From the NCBI GenBank assembly GCA_036630325.1, contig CP142728.1:496001-560000 (forward strand): a stretch of DNA of 64,000 nucleotides, read 5' to 3'. The notes below the pieces were generated by a model. That model saw nothing but the letters and a program-made list of their open reading frames with translations. It searched no databases and was not told the DNA's origin. Position numbers and translations under genes: made by a program. Positions 1 to 13,113 of the stretch are shown here, piece after piece (position 1 is the stretch's first letter; each line of letters opens with the position of its first letter). The DNA is from Vairimorpha necatrix (lineage: Eukaryota).

Positions 1-1
1 A

Positions 2-1105
2 CCAGATTTAGAAAAAATAAGAAGATATATTGAAAAAAATGTAAGTCAAAGATCAAGTCCTGAGATGCTACATTTAAAGCTACAGGCATGTAAACAAATT
101 AATTTCAGATACATTAAAGAATATTTGTTTGAAATAAAGAATCTAGTAGATCAGTATGCTAGACTAGAAAACTTAACGAGAAAAGAATACGAAAGAAAGT
201 TAAGAGAGAGTTTTTTCTTGGGATTAGGTTTTTCCACTCGTCTTAAGATATTAGAGCTTGGAAAAAATAACGTCGAAGAAACCATGACGTATTTAGAAAC
301 AGTGGAAGAGTGTTTGATTTTTGAAGGAAAAAGGCGTGAAATAACATATGAATCAGTTCATAATGATAGATTCAAGTTTGAGACCGAAAAGGACGGTTAC
401 AAGAACAATAAATGGTGCCGCCTCCATAAAAACAGTACGCACAATACAGAGGATTGCTTTAGACTAAACAATACCTCAGAGCAGCTTAAGAAAAATTTAG
501 AAAACATAAAAATGTCGAATATTGTTCCAGAAAAATTATTTACAATTAGAGAAATAAAGAAAAATAACATACCAGAAGAGGTAGTATTTAATAGAGAAAA
601 TAAAGTCGAGAACATTAAAATAAAAAATCAAGAAGTAACTAATAAAGAAAATTCAAAAGAAGTGAAAACAAAACATGAAACATCGAAAAATGATGAAATA
701 ATAGCGAAAACGCTTAGCCATGAGAAACTACAGAATGTAGTTGGAACAAATATATTAAAAGAGAAGGATTTAATTGTCAAAAGAAATACAGATATTGACA
801 AGAAGCTTAACAATCCGATGAAAAATATAGAAAAAGAAAATAAAAAAGATGATAATAAAAGAAATCGAGGTAATAAATTAATAAAAATAAAATACCGTGA
901 TAAATATAAACAAAAGAAGACATATAAAATAAGAAAGAAAAAAAATGAAATATTAGAAAGTATAAACACGAAGAAAAAGCAAAAAATGTTAAGTAGTGTT
1001 ATAGATAAAGCAATAGTAGACCCGCCGAATATAATATCTAAACATGAAGGGTGGTCAGCAACATGCAACAATGAATGGAGAACTTTAAAAAATTTAAAGC
1101 TTTAG
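2..1105 (+). CDS. Gag-like protein of an LTR retroelement (5'-partial; frame is open back to the window edge)
   Basis: Zinc-knuckle-like WCRLHKNSTHNTEDC. Frame has no stop from nt 2. The stop codon runs directly into a polypurine tract and LTR. No PR/RT/RH/IN motifs. Confidence 0.65.
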   Translation, partial: PDLEKIRRYIEKNVSQRSSPEMLHLKLQACKQINFRYIKEYLFEIKNLVDQYARLENLTRKEYERKLRESFFLGLGFSTRLKILELGKNNVEETMTYLETVEECLIFEGKRREITYESVHNDRFKFETEKDGYKNNKWCRLHKNSTHNTEDCFRLNNTSEQLKKNLENIKMSNIVPEKLFTIREIKKNNIPEEVVFNRENKVENIKIKNQEVTNKENSKEVKTKHETSKNDEIIAKTLSHEKLQNVVGTNILKEKDLIVKRNTDIDKKLNNPMKNIEKENKKDDNKRNRGNKLIKIKYRDKYKQKKTYKIRKKKNEILESINTKKKQKMLSSVIDKAIVDPPNIISKHEGWSATCNNEWRTLKNLKL

Positions 1106-1117
1106 GAGAGGGCAGAA

Positions 1118-1469
1118 TGTGATGTACATTGCTACATCACATGAGCAGATGTCAAATATGTCATCTGTCACCGATGTCCAAAGACATGTCAAGCATTTCA
1201 AGTTACATGTCAAGATGAGTCACACAAACAAACAAACAAACGAAAGTTGCATGGTCGTTACTACATTCGTAAGTACGCCAATGTTTGTAGTTTAGTGTTG
1301 ACAAGAATCTTTAAATTAAAAATAAACTATAAAAGAAAGTCTGTCTGTGAAGGGTATGGAATATATAGAATCCAAGAGAGAGAGACTAAAACCATCAATA
1401 AACATATTTACATTAAAAACTATTTAGAGAGATATTATAAAAATGGCCATGTACCCCGGATACATGACA
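1118..1469 (+). mobile_element. Probable 3' LTR (~352 bp) of the gag-only element
   Basis: Preceded by purine tract GGAGAGGGCAGAA (1105-1117). Starts TGTGATGTA and ends TACATGACA (imperfect terminal IR, TG...CA). Contains TATAAAA and AATAAA. The partner LTR would lie outside the window. Confidence 0.6.
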
Positions 1470-2115
1470 GGTTCTATTGCCGAATACAAATAATTTATTA
1501 TTTTATAAGATATAATAAAAAAGTTTAAACAGGATTGCAGAGTTTTTTAAAAACGAATTAAAAGAAACAAGGAGTGGTGGGATGCATATTGGCATTGAAA
1601 TAATACGGTATGTATAACAAGTTTGCAGTTACAAATATTTGTTTATCTACAGTTACTTGATATAATAAAATCAAAATTTTCAACCAAGTCAAAGTTTTCA
1701 AGAGCTTTTTTGTGGATAAAATTCAAGATATATACATCTTTCATATTGTTTTACTTCAATAGTATTCTATTTTGATTTTCTATGCATGATCAAAGAGGAG
1801 AAGAATGATAATAAAATATGACAATTATAATGCAGTATTTTACCCTCGTAAAAGCTTTAAACGTGTCTGTACTTTTTGTATACTAAAGTTTTATTAATCT
1901 TTGCCTAAAATTGGCGTTTTTAATGTATCAAAAGTAAAGTTTATAAATACGTGTAAAAAAACAACGTATAGATATGCACAAACCTCGGGGTTCATATCTA
2001 ATGACGAATTTTTACATTTTACATATTATTGAAACTAAAACCTAAAAAATAACTTAAAAAAGTCCACTATGTTTAAATTTCTTTAATATCATTTATTAAA
2101 TATATTTTTATTATA

Positions 2116-3153
2116 TTACTTATTGAAATTTTTTCGTAATTTTGATAATAACTCAGAAAATGTATTATTTTTAATATCTAATAACTCAAATATCATTTTA
2201 GTGATCTGCCTTGAACTTTTTTCTTGAAAAAAACTTGCCAATTCCTTCAATTCGCTATATTTCATTTCATAGTTTATCAAAAGCCCATTTCTCATGAGAT
2301 CATCAAAGATATTTCGTAAGATAATTACTATATTTTCATATTTGGGAATGTCAATTAACATTTTTATATCACACCGATCTAAAAACGCAGTATCCAGCTT
2401 CCCATAATTATTTGAAGTAAAGATTATAAAAATTTTTGGATTAGATTTTAACTCATCTAAAAAAATTAAAAAGCAATTTACAACTCTCATACTTTCTAAG
2501 GGTTCATTATGACTTAAAATAATATCTCTAGAAATTAAAATACTCTCAATCTCATCAAATAAAATTAATATAAATTTTTCTTTACTCAAATTAATAAGTT
2601 CTTCTTTTAATTTTTGAAATGAATTTAATGTTCCCCCGTAAAATCTGCTAAAAAATTTGTTACATGATATTTCTATAAAATATGACTTGTTTTTTAGTCG
2701 TATACTAAATCTATTAAATATAGCTTTAGCTAATGTGGTTTTACCTGTGCCCGGGGGACCAAATATTAGAGCAGTTTTATTAATATCAAAGATTGATATA
2801 TTAATCTTCTTTTTATGATATTCTTGAATTTTATAAAAATGTTTAAGAATTCTTAATTTAACTTCTTCGTCTAAAACAAGTTGGTCATATAAATTTCTGA
2901 ACTTAAACGCTGGTAAACTTACCAAGGTAAAAAATTCACATTGCATGACTTCTTTACTAAATTTAAAATATATAAATTTAAACTTAATATTATTTTGATG
3001 ATTAAATATTCCCGAGTAAACAATTTTCTTGGAAGAAATTAGCTCGCAAATTCTTATATTTTTTATTCTTTCTTGTAAATGATGAAAGTTTATCAAAAAA
3101 TCCTCATTTTTATCAAACTTTTTGTCTTGGTTAATTTCTACAACAAGTCGCAT
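2116..3153 (-). CDS. PCH2: Pachytene checkpoint protein 2 / TRIP13-like AAA+ ATPase
   Basis: Walker A GPPGTGKTT, Walker B ILFDEIES, and family-typical segments EISCNKFFSRFYG, EPLESMRVVN, TSN and LDTAFLDRCD. Confidence 0.85.
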   Translation of the reverse strand: MRLVVEINQDKKFDKNEDFLINFHHLQERIKNIRICELISSKKIVYSGIFNHQNNIKFKFIYFKFSKEVMQCEFFTLVSLPAFKFRNLYDQLVLDEEVKLRILKHFYKIQEYHKKKINISIFDINKTALIFGPPGTGKTTLAKAIFNRFSIRLKNKSYFIEISCNKFFSRFYGGTLNSFQKLKEELINLSKEKFILILFDEIESILISRDIILSHNEPLESMRVVNCFLIFLDELKSNPKIFIIFTSNNYGKLDTAFLDRCDIKMLIDIPKYENIVIILRNIFDDLMRNGLLINYEMKYSELKELASFFQEKSSRQITKMIFELLDIKNNTFSELLSKLRKNFNK

Positions 3154-4549
3154 AAGAATGACTTTACAAAAAAAAAATATAAATAAATTTTGCAGTTATT
3201 AGAAATTACAAATTAAAACAAAAATTACTATTTATTATGTTATAGTTCTACAATCATTTAAAAAATAAAACCAACTATTTTTTATAAAATAAAATAAAGT
3301 TAATCATCTTTATAGCAATCTAACTTCGTGTTCTAAATTAATGCAGCATGAAATCTTTTCTAAGACCGCTTTGAGACGGGGGTTAAGAGACAATTAAATG
3401 CCCATAGATCTTATGAGTCGATTATATAGTTTCGTCTATTCGACTTATAGTCTGCATTGCATTTAATTATATGGAAAACAATATAATTATACTATTTGTA
3501 AAATTATTTTGCACAAACTGAGCGAGTACCCGGAGAAACTTTTATTGTTTATTTATAAACAGTTTATATATTTTTTTCTTTTCGTGCTGTCAAAGTTTTA
3601 TCTTACTTTATTTAACGTAAGTTACATGACCGGTAAAACTAAGCGCTTTTTATTATATATGTCTTCCTTTACTTTCTTGCTTCTTTTTTAGTTCGTTTGG
3701 ACTAAATCATCAAGCAAAAGCTTTTTTTCTTCTTGGCTTTTTAATTTGAACCAAGAAAGTTGAAGTTTTTGCATTTTGAAGCTTTCCAGATCGTGAGATC
3801 TGGAGCTTTTAATTATCATAACTCTTTAAATGAAATGATTATTTGAAAGCTTTTTTGACAAAGATAATTTTTTGGCTGACATATATATGCTCATCAATGT
3901 TAGTATACATTTTACAAAGGTAAAATGAAACCAGTTTTTAATATTAATAATGCAATATATTTGCCTACCCTAATAATTTTTGGGTATAAAATGCAGACCA
4001 TTACAATATAGTTAAAATTTTAGTCTATAGATTCTGACTTTTATGTCTGTTTATTTGATATTACAACATTTATTTAAGTAAATTAATAAATAATAAAGTT
4101 TTTAGGTTTAAAATATTTTTTTATTATGCTGCTAGTGAATTTATGTTTTTTATCAAAAATTTACTATTTAGTAAAACTTTTCATTCAACTGTTTGAAATT
4201 TTATAACCTTTATCTATAATTTATTGTTAATAATTCCGCGTAAGAATTATTATGTACAATGATGATTGCAAATAAAAGAAAACAAAAACTTTTTAGTAAA
4301 TGTATTTTTTCAAAACCCTTTTTAATATATTTAAAATCGGATCTGAGCGATTATAAGACGCAAAAAATTTACAAATTAGCAAATAAGGCGAACTAGAAAA
4401 TCAAATTAATTGGTCGTCTACAATATATGACCAAATTCTGTCCTTATTTTTTTCAGGTTATATTTTATTTTTGTAAATAAAAAAAAAATCAAGAAACATT
4501 GTTTTTATTTTATTCATCACCAAACTTCGTTAAATCTCTATTTAATATT

Positions 4550-5850
4550 TTTTTTTAATTTTTTCAAATCGCATTCTATGCTTTTTTTCTTAATTGAATC
4601 GTATTATGTCCGCTACAATATAGAATTCTGTATTCGCTGTAGAACAAATGTCTTCTGGTATTTATTTTGTTATCTAAATTGGGTCTTATGATGGACTTCC
4701 TCCTGTTTTATGCCCTAAAAAACCATTTCTCCACATTGGTCTGCGTATCATTTCATCTGCAACAGTTTGTGAACGGATATGCGCTCCATCGTGATAAGTT
4801 TCGAATAGAATCCTTTTTTTCTATTTACAGATATGTTTGTTGAATTTATTTGGAAGTATGCGCGTCTAACATCAAATAATCCTTCTTTTGTTCATTATTC
4901 GTCCTCATATTGCTAGTAGTTGTTTTTTTATTGCTCAAATCATAAGTATTAGTGATTCTAGACTTTTAATCATTTCTCTAATAACCCTACCACATCAGAA
5001 CGGAAAATGTACATTTCGTATTTTTTGTCATAATTTGTTTATAGCTATAGAAGTCTTCTCGTACCCAAGGACATGATCCAAGCATTTTTGACCTCAAAAT
5101 GGACGAACTTGTTCATTTTATCGTTTTCTTGCATTGTTCTATCTGTATTTGTATCCGTATACATATAGCCCTCCTCTTTACGTGTCTTTTTTTTCTCTTC
5201 TGACAAAATCGAAAAGTACTTGGTTTACAAAGTCTCTGCCATTGTCAGTAGAAAGTATATTACATTAAAAAAAAAACATTTTAAACGAGTTAGAAGCACA
5301 TACTACATTGCTTCTTGTTTTCTTACATGCGTTATTGTCCAAAAAACAGTAAATGAATTACAATATTCAATAATTATTGGTATACTTGCTTGAGTTCTGT
5401 TATAGTCGGAGATCAATATTTCCAGACACATATCTAACATAAGGAAATTCTGCAACAATTTATCTAATAAACTGGTCTGGTTACAAGATTTCGTTTTTGA
5501 TGACAAATATCACACTATTTAATACTTTTTAAAAATATTTTTGAGTTGAATTGAAAACTTTTTTAGCAACATTTTTAAAATTTCTTGTCCCATGTGATAT
5601 TCAATATGTATATCGATTTTTTTTCCTATTTCTTAAAATGCTACTCATTGATTGTAAAAAAATCTTAATGATTATATAGACCTCTCTACAATTCATCTTA
5701 TTTCTCTGGTTACACTACCTAATTCCTCAAACAGGATAATTTTTTCTGCTTTGGCCATAAAAACAATTATTTTTTTGGCTTTCTACCAACCTTGTCGAAA
5801 GAAGACCAGTCTGTAAAAATACAAGATTTTTTTGGTTTTCATCATTAATA
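4550..5850 (-). pseudogene. Degraded Ginger-like integrase (DDE) transposon relic
   Basis: Minus-strand fragments HIEYHMGQE, CDICHQK, ILSTDNGRDFVNQV, IRPNLDNKINTRR and terminal DLKKL parallel the element at 38656-40576. Many stops and frameshifts; boundaries approximate. Confidence 0.6.
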
Positions 5851-8529
5851 ATTTTTTTTCTAAACTCTAAAATTATGGTAATTAACATATAAAATAAAGA
5901 TAACTAATTACGATCTTTTTTACTTCTTTCGAGTTAGCAATTTATCAATCAATCTAAAGTGTTCTATCATATTTTCATCGACCTCTTTGATCATTTATAT
6001 ATATATTCGGCTTATAGATTTTTTTTCTTCCATCTCTCCGTTTGATATTAGCGTATGTATACAACACGAGGCTATATTCAGTAAATAGATATGTATATAG
6101 GTAAGTCAATATGTCCAAAAGGCAGTTGATTCGTGGATGCTCTACGTTTCATTAGTACTAAATTTGTATGGTTAGTATTGGCATGCAAGCCTTGGTGAAT
6201 TAAGTTAATTCGAGATTATTAGCTTCTCTTCTCTTTGAAAAATTTTCAATGTTATCGCATTGAGAAATCCAAAAGACTTAAAATTAATACAGTTTTATTC
6301 ACGCTATAATCAACACTTAAGATTAATTTAATTAAATTGGAGTAACTTAACCCTTTTATGAATTCAGTAAGAATTACAATACGACTTTACATAAAAATTT
6401 GCAAGAAAAGTAATTTATATGCGTAAAAATTTGGTGAACATAGATAGCATAGTTTTAAATAACGATCCTTATAAGGTTCAACTGATTTAAAATCCATTAT
6501 GTTTCAGTCAAAAAGATTTTTTAGTGTTTGAGTTAAATCAGAAAAACTTATGGTAATTTTAGAAAATATATTATGCGCATAGAATTTTGCACTAATTATA
6601 TTTTTTTTCAATTTTTTTTTGAAAGAGTGCTTCCATCATAGAAAAAATATTGGGAGTTTTTTAAAAAATTAACTTTATTTAAAAAACCCGATAAATAAAA
6701 GAAATTGAAATCTGTATATAAAAGCATAACTTTTATAAAAACATCATAAATTTTTTGATTATTACGTAAAATAGGAAAAGTAGCAAATAAAAAGAATAAA
6801 AGCGTTTATAATTCACAATTAAATTGTATATTATATAAGTTAATGTGCGATTGTTTTCATTTTATGTTTAAAAAATCACGGCTCTAAATAAGATTTAACT
6901 TTTTTTTTTAAAGATGCATAATGTTTATGCTCGTATGCTTCAGAATCCCAGAACTCTAGTTTTAAAAGTAAATCCTTTTATAACTAGCTTTCATTATCTT
7001 TACTTATATTTGTAGCTTCGTTTTCTCTTCAAAAATTTTCTGATAATTTATTTTTTTCGATAAAACGATATAGACTCTGGATTTTTCTTTGGCGAAATAA
7101 ATTAATGTATACATTAAAAAACTATTAGATTTTCGGATGTCTTATGTATTTTTATTTGTATCTTGTCATCACAATAGCAAATGCAGAGCAAAATGCTACT
7201 ATTTTTGTCCGACATACTACATTGATACCGTATATATTAAAGATTGGTTTTCAATTTTTTTAATTTGATACTCGTGTTTTTGTAAATTTTCTCTCTTAGT
7301 ATTTCTATTCTATATATGTCAATTATATGAATAAGTCTTCTTTGTTGTTTATTTTATATCTGTAGATATTATAGTTTTACTAGCATTTATGTCAACATGA
7401 TCATAATAACTTAATCAGAGTGTATACATGTCTTTATAACTTATTGGAGGCATATTAAATTCATAAGAAGCTGTAAATATATATGACTTCTAGTTACGAT
7501 GATTATGTAATCTTAAAAGCAGCCAAACACACGGCAGCTAATAGTGCAAGTTTTTTCTTAATTTCAAACTGAGGACATCGCTACTTCTCCATAGGATATA
7601 TTTTTAGTCTGAAAAAAAATGTTTAATATAACCATGTGTTTTCTTTGCTCAATAAAATAAATGTGATGAAAATGCTCTAGAGCTCATTCCCTATAATTTA
7701 TAATAACTTCTAAAGTTTATAATTTATGCTTTTATGTTGATGGGCGATTTTTTGTGCTATCAATAAACATCTTATGGAGGTATACTGCTATAATTCCATA
7801 GAAAAGACCCAAATACTAAAATACAGTACAAAAATGTGATTTTTCACTTTTTTGGTAATCGCACTCGTCTTACTGTGTTATTATATTTACACAAGTCTAA
7901 AAAATAGCAAAAGCATGTGTAAAATTCTATATAACCCCTTATAAGATAATCTTCCATTTCTGGTAGGTAGGTATTTTCTTCTTTGGGCGTACTACTTTAG
8001 AAATTTGATACGTAGTAAGTACCCTTCGAATTATAAATCAGGGATCACAAATTTAAAAATTTTAATTCAATGCCCATACTTAATAGTTTATGACTTGCCT
8101 TGTATCTTGTAAATAGCTCGAATCATATTCTTATCGTTTTGTTGCGCTTTGTATAGCTTTGGAACCTCTTTGGTATATCGCTGTTTTTCCATAAAAAAAA
8201 TCATTTTTTGATATCAATAAAACGTCATAAATTAGTTCAATATATAATTCAGAGACAATAAAGAATCGTCAAATCATAACTTCAGTACTTTAAAATTGTT
8301 TTTTCCCTTTTCAGTATTTGAAATATATCGAAGAAGAATCTCTATTTACTCATTAATCGGGTTAAAACATTTAAGTCATTCTTATATAGATCGCATATGT
8401 ATATAAATAGAAGAAATTACGTTGTATATACTTTTCATACGTGTATTATTTACTTTTGATCAGGTTAAATGAAGTTTTGCTGCGCATTAAATACAAGATA
8501 AAAAACAAAGAGCTGACATTGTGCTCACA

Positions 8530-9400
8530 TGTTGTATATATGGATGTGCTAAATTTTAACCTTAGACTGTACAAATAATCTTATCCTGCAAAGAGATTTT
8601 CCATACCAACCTATGTTAATAGTTTATAATGATTTACGAATATAAAGGCCGAACTATTCAATCCAACATGTTCATAAGCTTGTTGCTTTATTCATTGGCT
8701 CTATATATATATATATATATCATAGCTTGTCTTTGCTTCTATAATTTGTCTAACTATCTCTATTTGGTTCTTTTCAAGTGGTCCATTACTTGTCACAATT
8801 TCTGCTATATTATAAGTGTGTATTTTGTTGTGAGGATATAGAAATTTGACTTATGGGCAAAGGCCTTAAAGTTTTACTTTGGTTTGGCTATCTTTCGAAA
8901 TAGACAGCAAACAATTTAAGAAGACAAGCATCGTTTTTTTACTATCTATTTTCCTTCATCATTGTCATCATATAACGTATGTATATATGATTGCATAATT
9001 ACAGAAAAGAAATATGAAGAGCAATATAGACTTGTGTTTTTGCAGCTTCATAAATTCATAATGAAATCCTCGAATTAAAAAAACAATGTAAAAATTTAAT
9101 GTTCTTGACTTTCGTAGAACACTCTAGATAGTTTATAAAACTATCGTATTCTTTGTTTCTTCTTTCTACTACTCGGTAGACCAAATTAACTATATGTACT
9201 TTGTTTACGTTTATGTGATCTCGAGCACATTTCTGTAGCCGGGTTCAATCGGATTTATAATGCTCAAAGTTATGATTTTTATGCCTATACTATATGTTTC
9301 GGTTAGCATTTTGGACACACTTCTTATAGAATTTCTCTTATTAAATCAAAATAGCCTTCGGATGATATCGCTTCAAACATATTAAGTTCACACACTAGCT
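8530..9400 (-). pseudogene. Degraded non-LTR retrotransposon RT fragment
   Basis: Fragments LRPL..SNFYILTTK, EIVTSNGPLEKNQ, QAM...AMNKA and TCWIE resemble the RT N-terminal blocks RPI..SNLYKL.TK, ENQ.G, EQA and WID of REL-clade elements. Boundaries approximate. Confidence 0.55.
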
Positions 9401-10178
9401 TTATTTATAAGAATTTTTCTTGAATCGAAAGTTCAAAAAGCATTGACATTTTAAAGAGCAACATAAATTTAATAATAGCAATGTTTTATAAGCTTTCTTA
9501 AAGCTTAAGATGTTATACTCTTTTTCTCTTTTGCTAAATAGAACTGAGAAGCTTGAAACATCCAAAACCTCGACCTGCTATAAAGATGAATCTAACACCA
9601 TTTCTTCTGCCATCACTGTGGCATTGTTTTCCAAAAGAATACAAAGGAAAAAAATTTTAACGTACTCTCTACCTCGCCTAAAAGGTGCTTGGGATCAAAC
9701 TAAGTTCTTAGAAATATATTTTTTTAATTGTTTTTTAAAATAATCTTCTCTCCGTTTGAGGATTGTTCATATTTTGTTTTTTTTTTTAGAATACACTATT
9801 ATATACAAGCTTTCATTTTTCTTCCGCTATTACTAGAGCTGGCTTTCTTTGCTTTGCCACTGTATTCTGATAACCTCAATGTGGTCCTACTTTTTTCAAG
9901 AAGAACTCAGTGGCTTTCTTTCTTTCCCGCCTGGCATTCTTAAAAATCTATTTATTAATGAAAGAATTTTTTATAGGGTAAGTCTTTGCCAGCTATGATG
10001 CTCTAATGAACTACTGTAAAATTCTCGCGAGTGAAATGGGTTTATAACAATTGTAATTTGGCTTCTGACTACATTTCTGCCTTTTTTTCTTCAGTGTACA
10101 AAAGATTGCCTTTTCTCCCAGTTATCTTTTTATACTCTATAAATAAATAGTAAAAACAATAAATTTAAAAACTATTTT

Positions 10179-10874
10179 TTATTTACAAATAACTCCTATA
10201 CAATCCCAAATGTCTAAACCTCCCATAAATACTTTTTTAACATCATCACGAACAATATCTTGTCTAGGTGTTGTCGTATGAGAAGGAGCATATCTCTTAC
10301 TTCTTATTATATGTTCATTGGTATTCACGTCTTTCGGCAATAAAAATATCTTATTATATTCGTCGTTATTAAACAATTGCTCAATTTTTCTCTCACAATC
10401 ATGATTTACTTTCAAATCAACGCTATTAATAATTAGATCCTTGGTTATTTTGTACTCATTAGAGTCCGTTATACTTGCCAGTTTAATTATTGACTTATAA
10501 CTAAGATAAGACAAAGATTCGATGAAAGATAAACGTTTTACACAACTTGTATCATATGGCATTCCCAAATAAAACTGCTGTAAATATTGTTTAAAAATGA
10601 GAAATAAATAAATAATGTCAATGTCGAGGTTACTAGACAATAAATCACTAATTTTCTTGTTAACTTCGGGATTTTTCCTAATACTTGAGAGGAAGTCTTT
10701 AACCACCTTATTATAATGATGAAGTTTTATGTCTTGATATTCTTGTTGCGGAAAGTCCTGATAATTTACTTGTAGATTAGTTTCATATTTAAAAAGGTTT
10801 TCTTGTTTAGTTTTCATTCCTCTTTCATTCACCAAAGAGCAGAAATCGAGAGTTAAATATTGGAATATATACAT
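10179..10874 (-). CDS. Putative secreted protein, family A (RSKR cleavage site)
   Basis: ATG at 10874 follows ACCCCA. Short hydrophobic N-terminus ending in CS. Aligns along its length with 20072-20803. Confidence 0.75.
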   Translation of the reverse strand: MYIFQYLTLDFCSLVNERGMKTKQENLFKYETNLQVNYQDFPQQEYQDIKLHHYNKVVKDFLSSIRKNPEVNKKISDLLSSNLDIDIIYLFLIFKQYLQQFYLGMPYDTSCVKRLSFIESLSYLSYKSIIKLASITDSNEYKITKDLIINSVDLKVNHDCERKIEQLFNNDEYNKIFLLPKDVNTNEHIIRSKRYAPSHTTTPRQDIVRDDVKKVFMGGLDIWDCIGVICK

Positions 10875-12303
10875 TGGGGTAGAAATATATTCTGGTTTAA
10901 ATATATTATCATTTTCTAAAAACAATTAAGTTGCCATTAATTTATTTGGTAATACTTGATGTTTAAAATGATAAAAGATTGCTTTTAATGAAACAAAGTT
11001 AAATTTTTTTTCACAGATTTTGACAAATTTCTAATTTAGGCATGAATGAATCGATTTTAGTATGCCAGTATCTCATAAAAATTTGTTTTTAAAATATATT
11101 ATATTCAGAAATATAAATTAAAAAAAGTAATAATATTTTTAAATAAAGCTAAGATAATAATAAATCAAAAAAAATAAAATTTTATAAATCATTAGGCGAT
11201 GACGTGGATGGTTGATCTATGACAATTCACATAGTATAATTTAACAAATGGCGATTTATGCTAACCAAGAATCATTTAGATGGTTTTTTATAATTTAATT
11301 GTATATTTTGATACAATAGGATGATAGCAAAATTTTTGACGTTTTTGCAGCACAAAAATTTAGTAATAATTTGATTTCAAATAAGCTTTGTTGACTCAGA
11401 CTAGTTCCTTGGCATGTATAATACGTTTGTTAGTGTCATTAAAGCATCAAAAAAAATAGTCCTGTTTATTTTATCTATATATATATATATATATATATAT
11501 AAATATATATTCAATCTAATCATAATACTTATTTTTTTAATTTACTACCATTATTATAATCTTTTTATGTGTAATATTCATGATGTAAGTTATTTCAATA
11601 TTTTTTTTGCATTTTCAATCTAAAAATTTTGAAACGATGAAGTACTATCAACTTGGGGAAAGGCCTCTAAATACATAGTAAAATATCTGTATATATACAT
11701 TTTGTAGTATGTTTTGTGGTATTACTTTTAGGCTTTATTCTGTAAATGATTAATTTATAATGTTTTATTTTATACTTAAATATAGGATAATCAGACTGTA
11801 CTAGTGTCAAGACGAATTAAAATTATCTAAGAAACAAATAATTTAACTTTAAAATTACTAATAAAATATTATATCTTTGTGAAAATAGATTGATTAACAT
11901 ATCAAAAACCGTCGCAAGTGTATATTAAAGTTCATAAAAAATAAAAAAACTCAATAATGCGACAGACATCAACATTGATACTAATTTGAATGTAGATGCG
12001 TTGATTTTATTATATATAATTAAAAAGTTATGTGTCTTTTAAATTGGTAAATGCTTGATCTGAGATTATGATTTAATCTTCATATGCAGAATACTTGCAT
12101 AATTGATTGTAAACCTTCTTCTATTTAATCAATTAGTAGAATGCTTTATGTGATAACAGATAATAGTTTTTAATTTACTTAATGATAATATTAATAATTT
12201 AAATAGATATATCGTATAAAGTATGATAAGGCCATAACGGTTATTTAGTCAAATGTCATAAATCTTTTTGTCGCAGATTTTACACAATATTATAATAATT
12301 ACA

Positions 12304-13113
12304 TTTTTTTTTTTTTTTTTTTTTTTTTTCTTTGCAAGTAAGAGGTAGGGAGAAACCTTACATAGGGACCAGAGGGATTTGGGTGTGATCCTTCTCCAAC
12401 TGGTACTGTGAGATTCTTACTCACTAAAACTCCCTCCGTATAACTTGCCGGTGCAGCAAGCTCCGCCGTATCCATTGGACTTTGGCTCCAGGAGAACACT
12501 TTCCATTTATACCTCAAATCGCGTCCAGAGTGACCTCACAGCGGATATACTTAACGGGCATGGTTATCTATAACCCGAGGAGAGACATCATCGTACTGAC
12601 TCAAAGGTCCCTACAATCATCTGTATCGCACACACGGCTCCTTACACGACCACATCCCCAGCCCGGCATTTTTATTGGACTGCGTTGACCACCAGTCTCC
12701 CACTAGTTTCGGCCACCGTGTTACAGAATCATGTAGGATAGGGTCCACGAGACCTTCTATTGCCCTACTTCGTCTAGTCTCTTAGTTAGCTCTAGGATCC
12801 CACTCTAGAGTGCACCAGCCATGGGCTCCAACTAGGCCGTACCCATTAGATACTTTTATGTATCATTAAGTCACCAAAGGGCGATACACTGCTTTTTGGC
12901 CTTGAGGTGCGTTTCTACACTAGATGCTAATCCCCTTGTGGCTGGACACACACAAGTTTCATTGAATCAACTTAATGATTACCGTGGACATTTTCATCAT
13001 CTGAGTTGTTCCAACTGCATCATAGAAAGTAGAAACAATTTGGTGCCCCTGGGACTCGAACCCAGCCCATTGGTCAATGAGAACATTTCTTCGACCACTC
13101 GGCCAAGGGCACC
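12304..13113 (-). mobile_element. tRNA-derived SINE, young copy 1 (~810 bp)
   Basis: Head GGTGCCC...GGGCACCA with A-box TGGCCGAGTGG and B-box GGTTCGAGTCC. Poly(A) tail of ~25 nt. 14-bp TSD TTATAATAATTACA at 12290-12303 and 13114-13127. Near-identical to 52266-53054. Confidence 0.9.

Noticed and set aside
7100-8300. Possible piggyBac relic on the minus strand (KYG...CDP, TVR...LP, Cys-rich end)
   Set aside because: The motifs are too degraded, and no TTAA-flanked TIRs were found.
11476-11500. (TA)n microsatellites here and at 8702-8720
   Set aside because: Ordinary simple repeats in AT-rich DNA.
13041-13113. Functional tRNA genes here, at 52266-52337 and at 61850-61910
   Set aside because: The anticodon arms are non-canonical and each is the head of a longer repeat, so they are treated as SINE heads.
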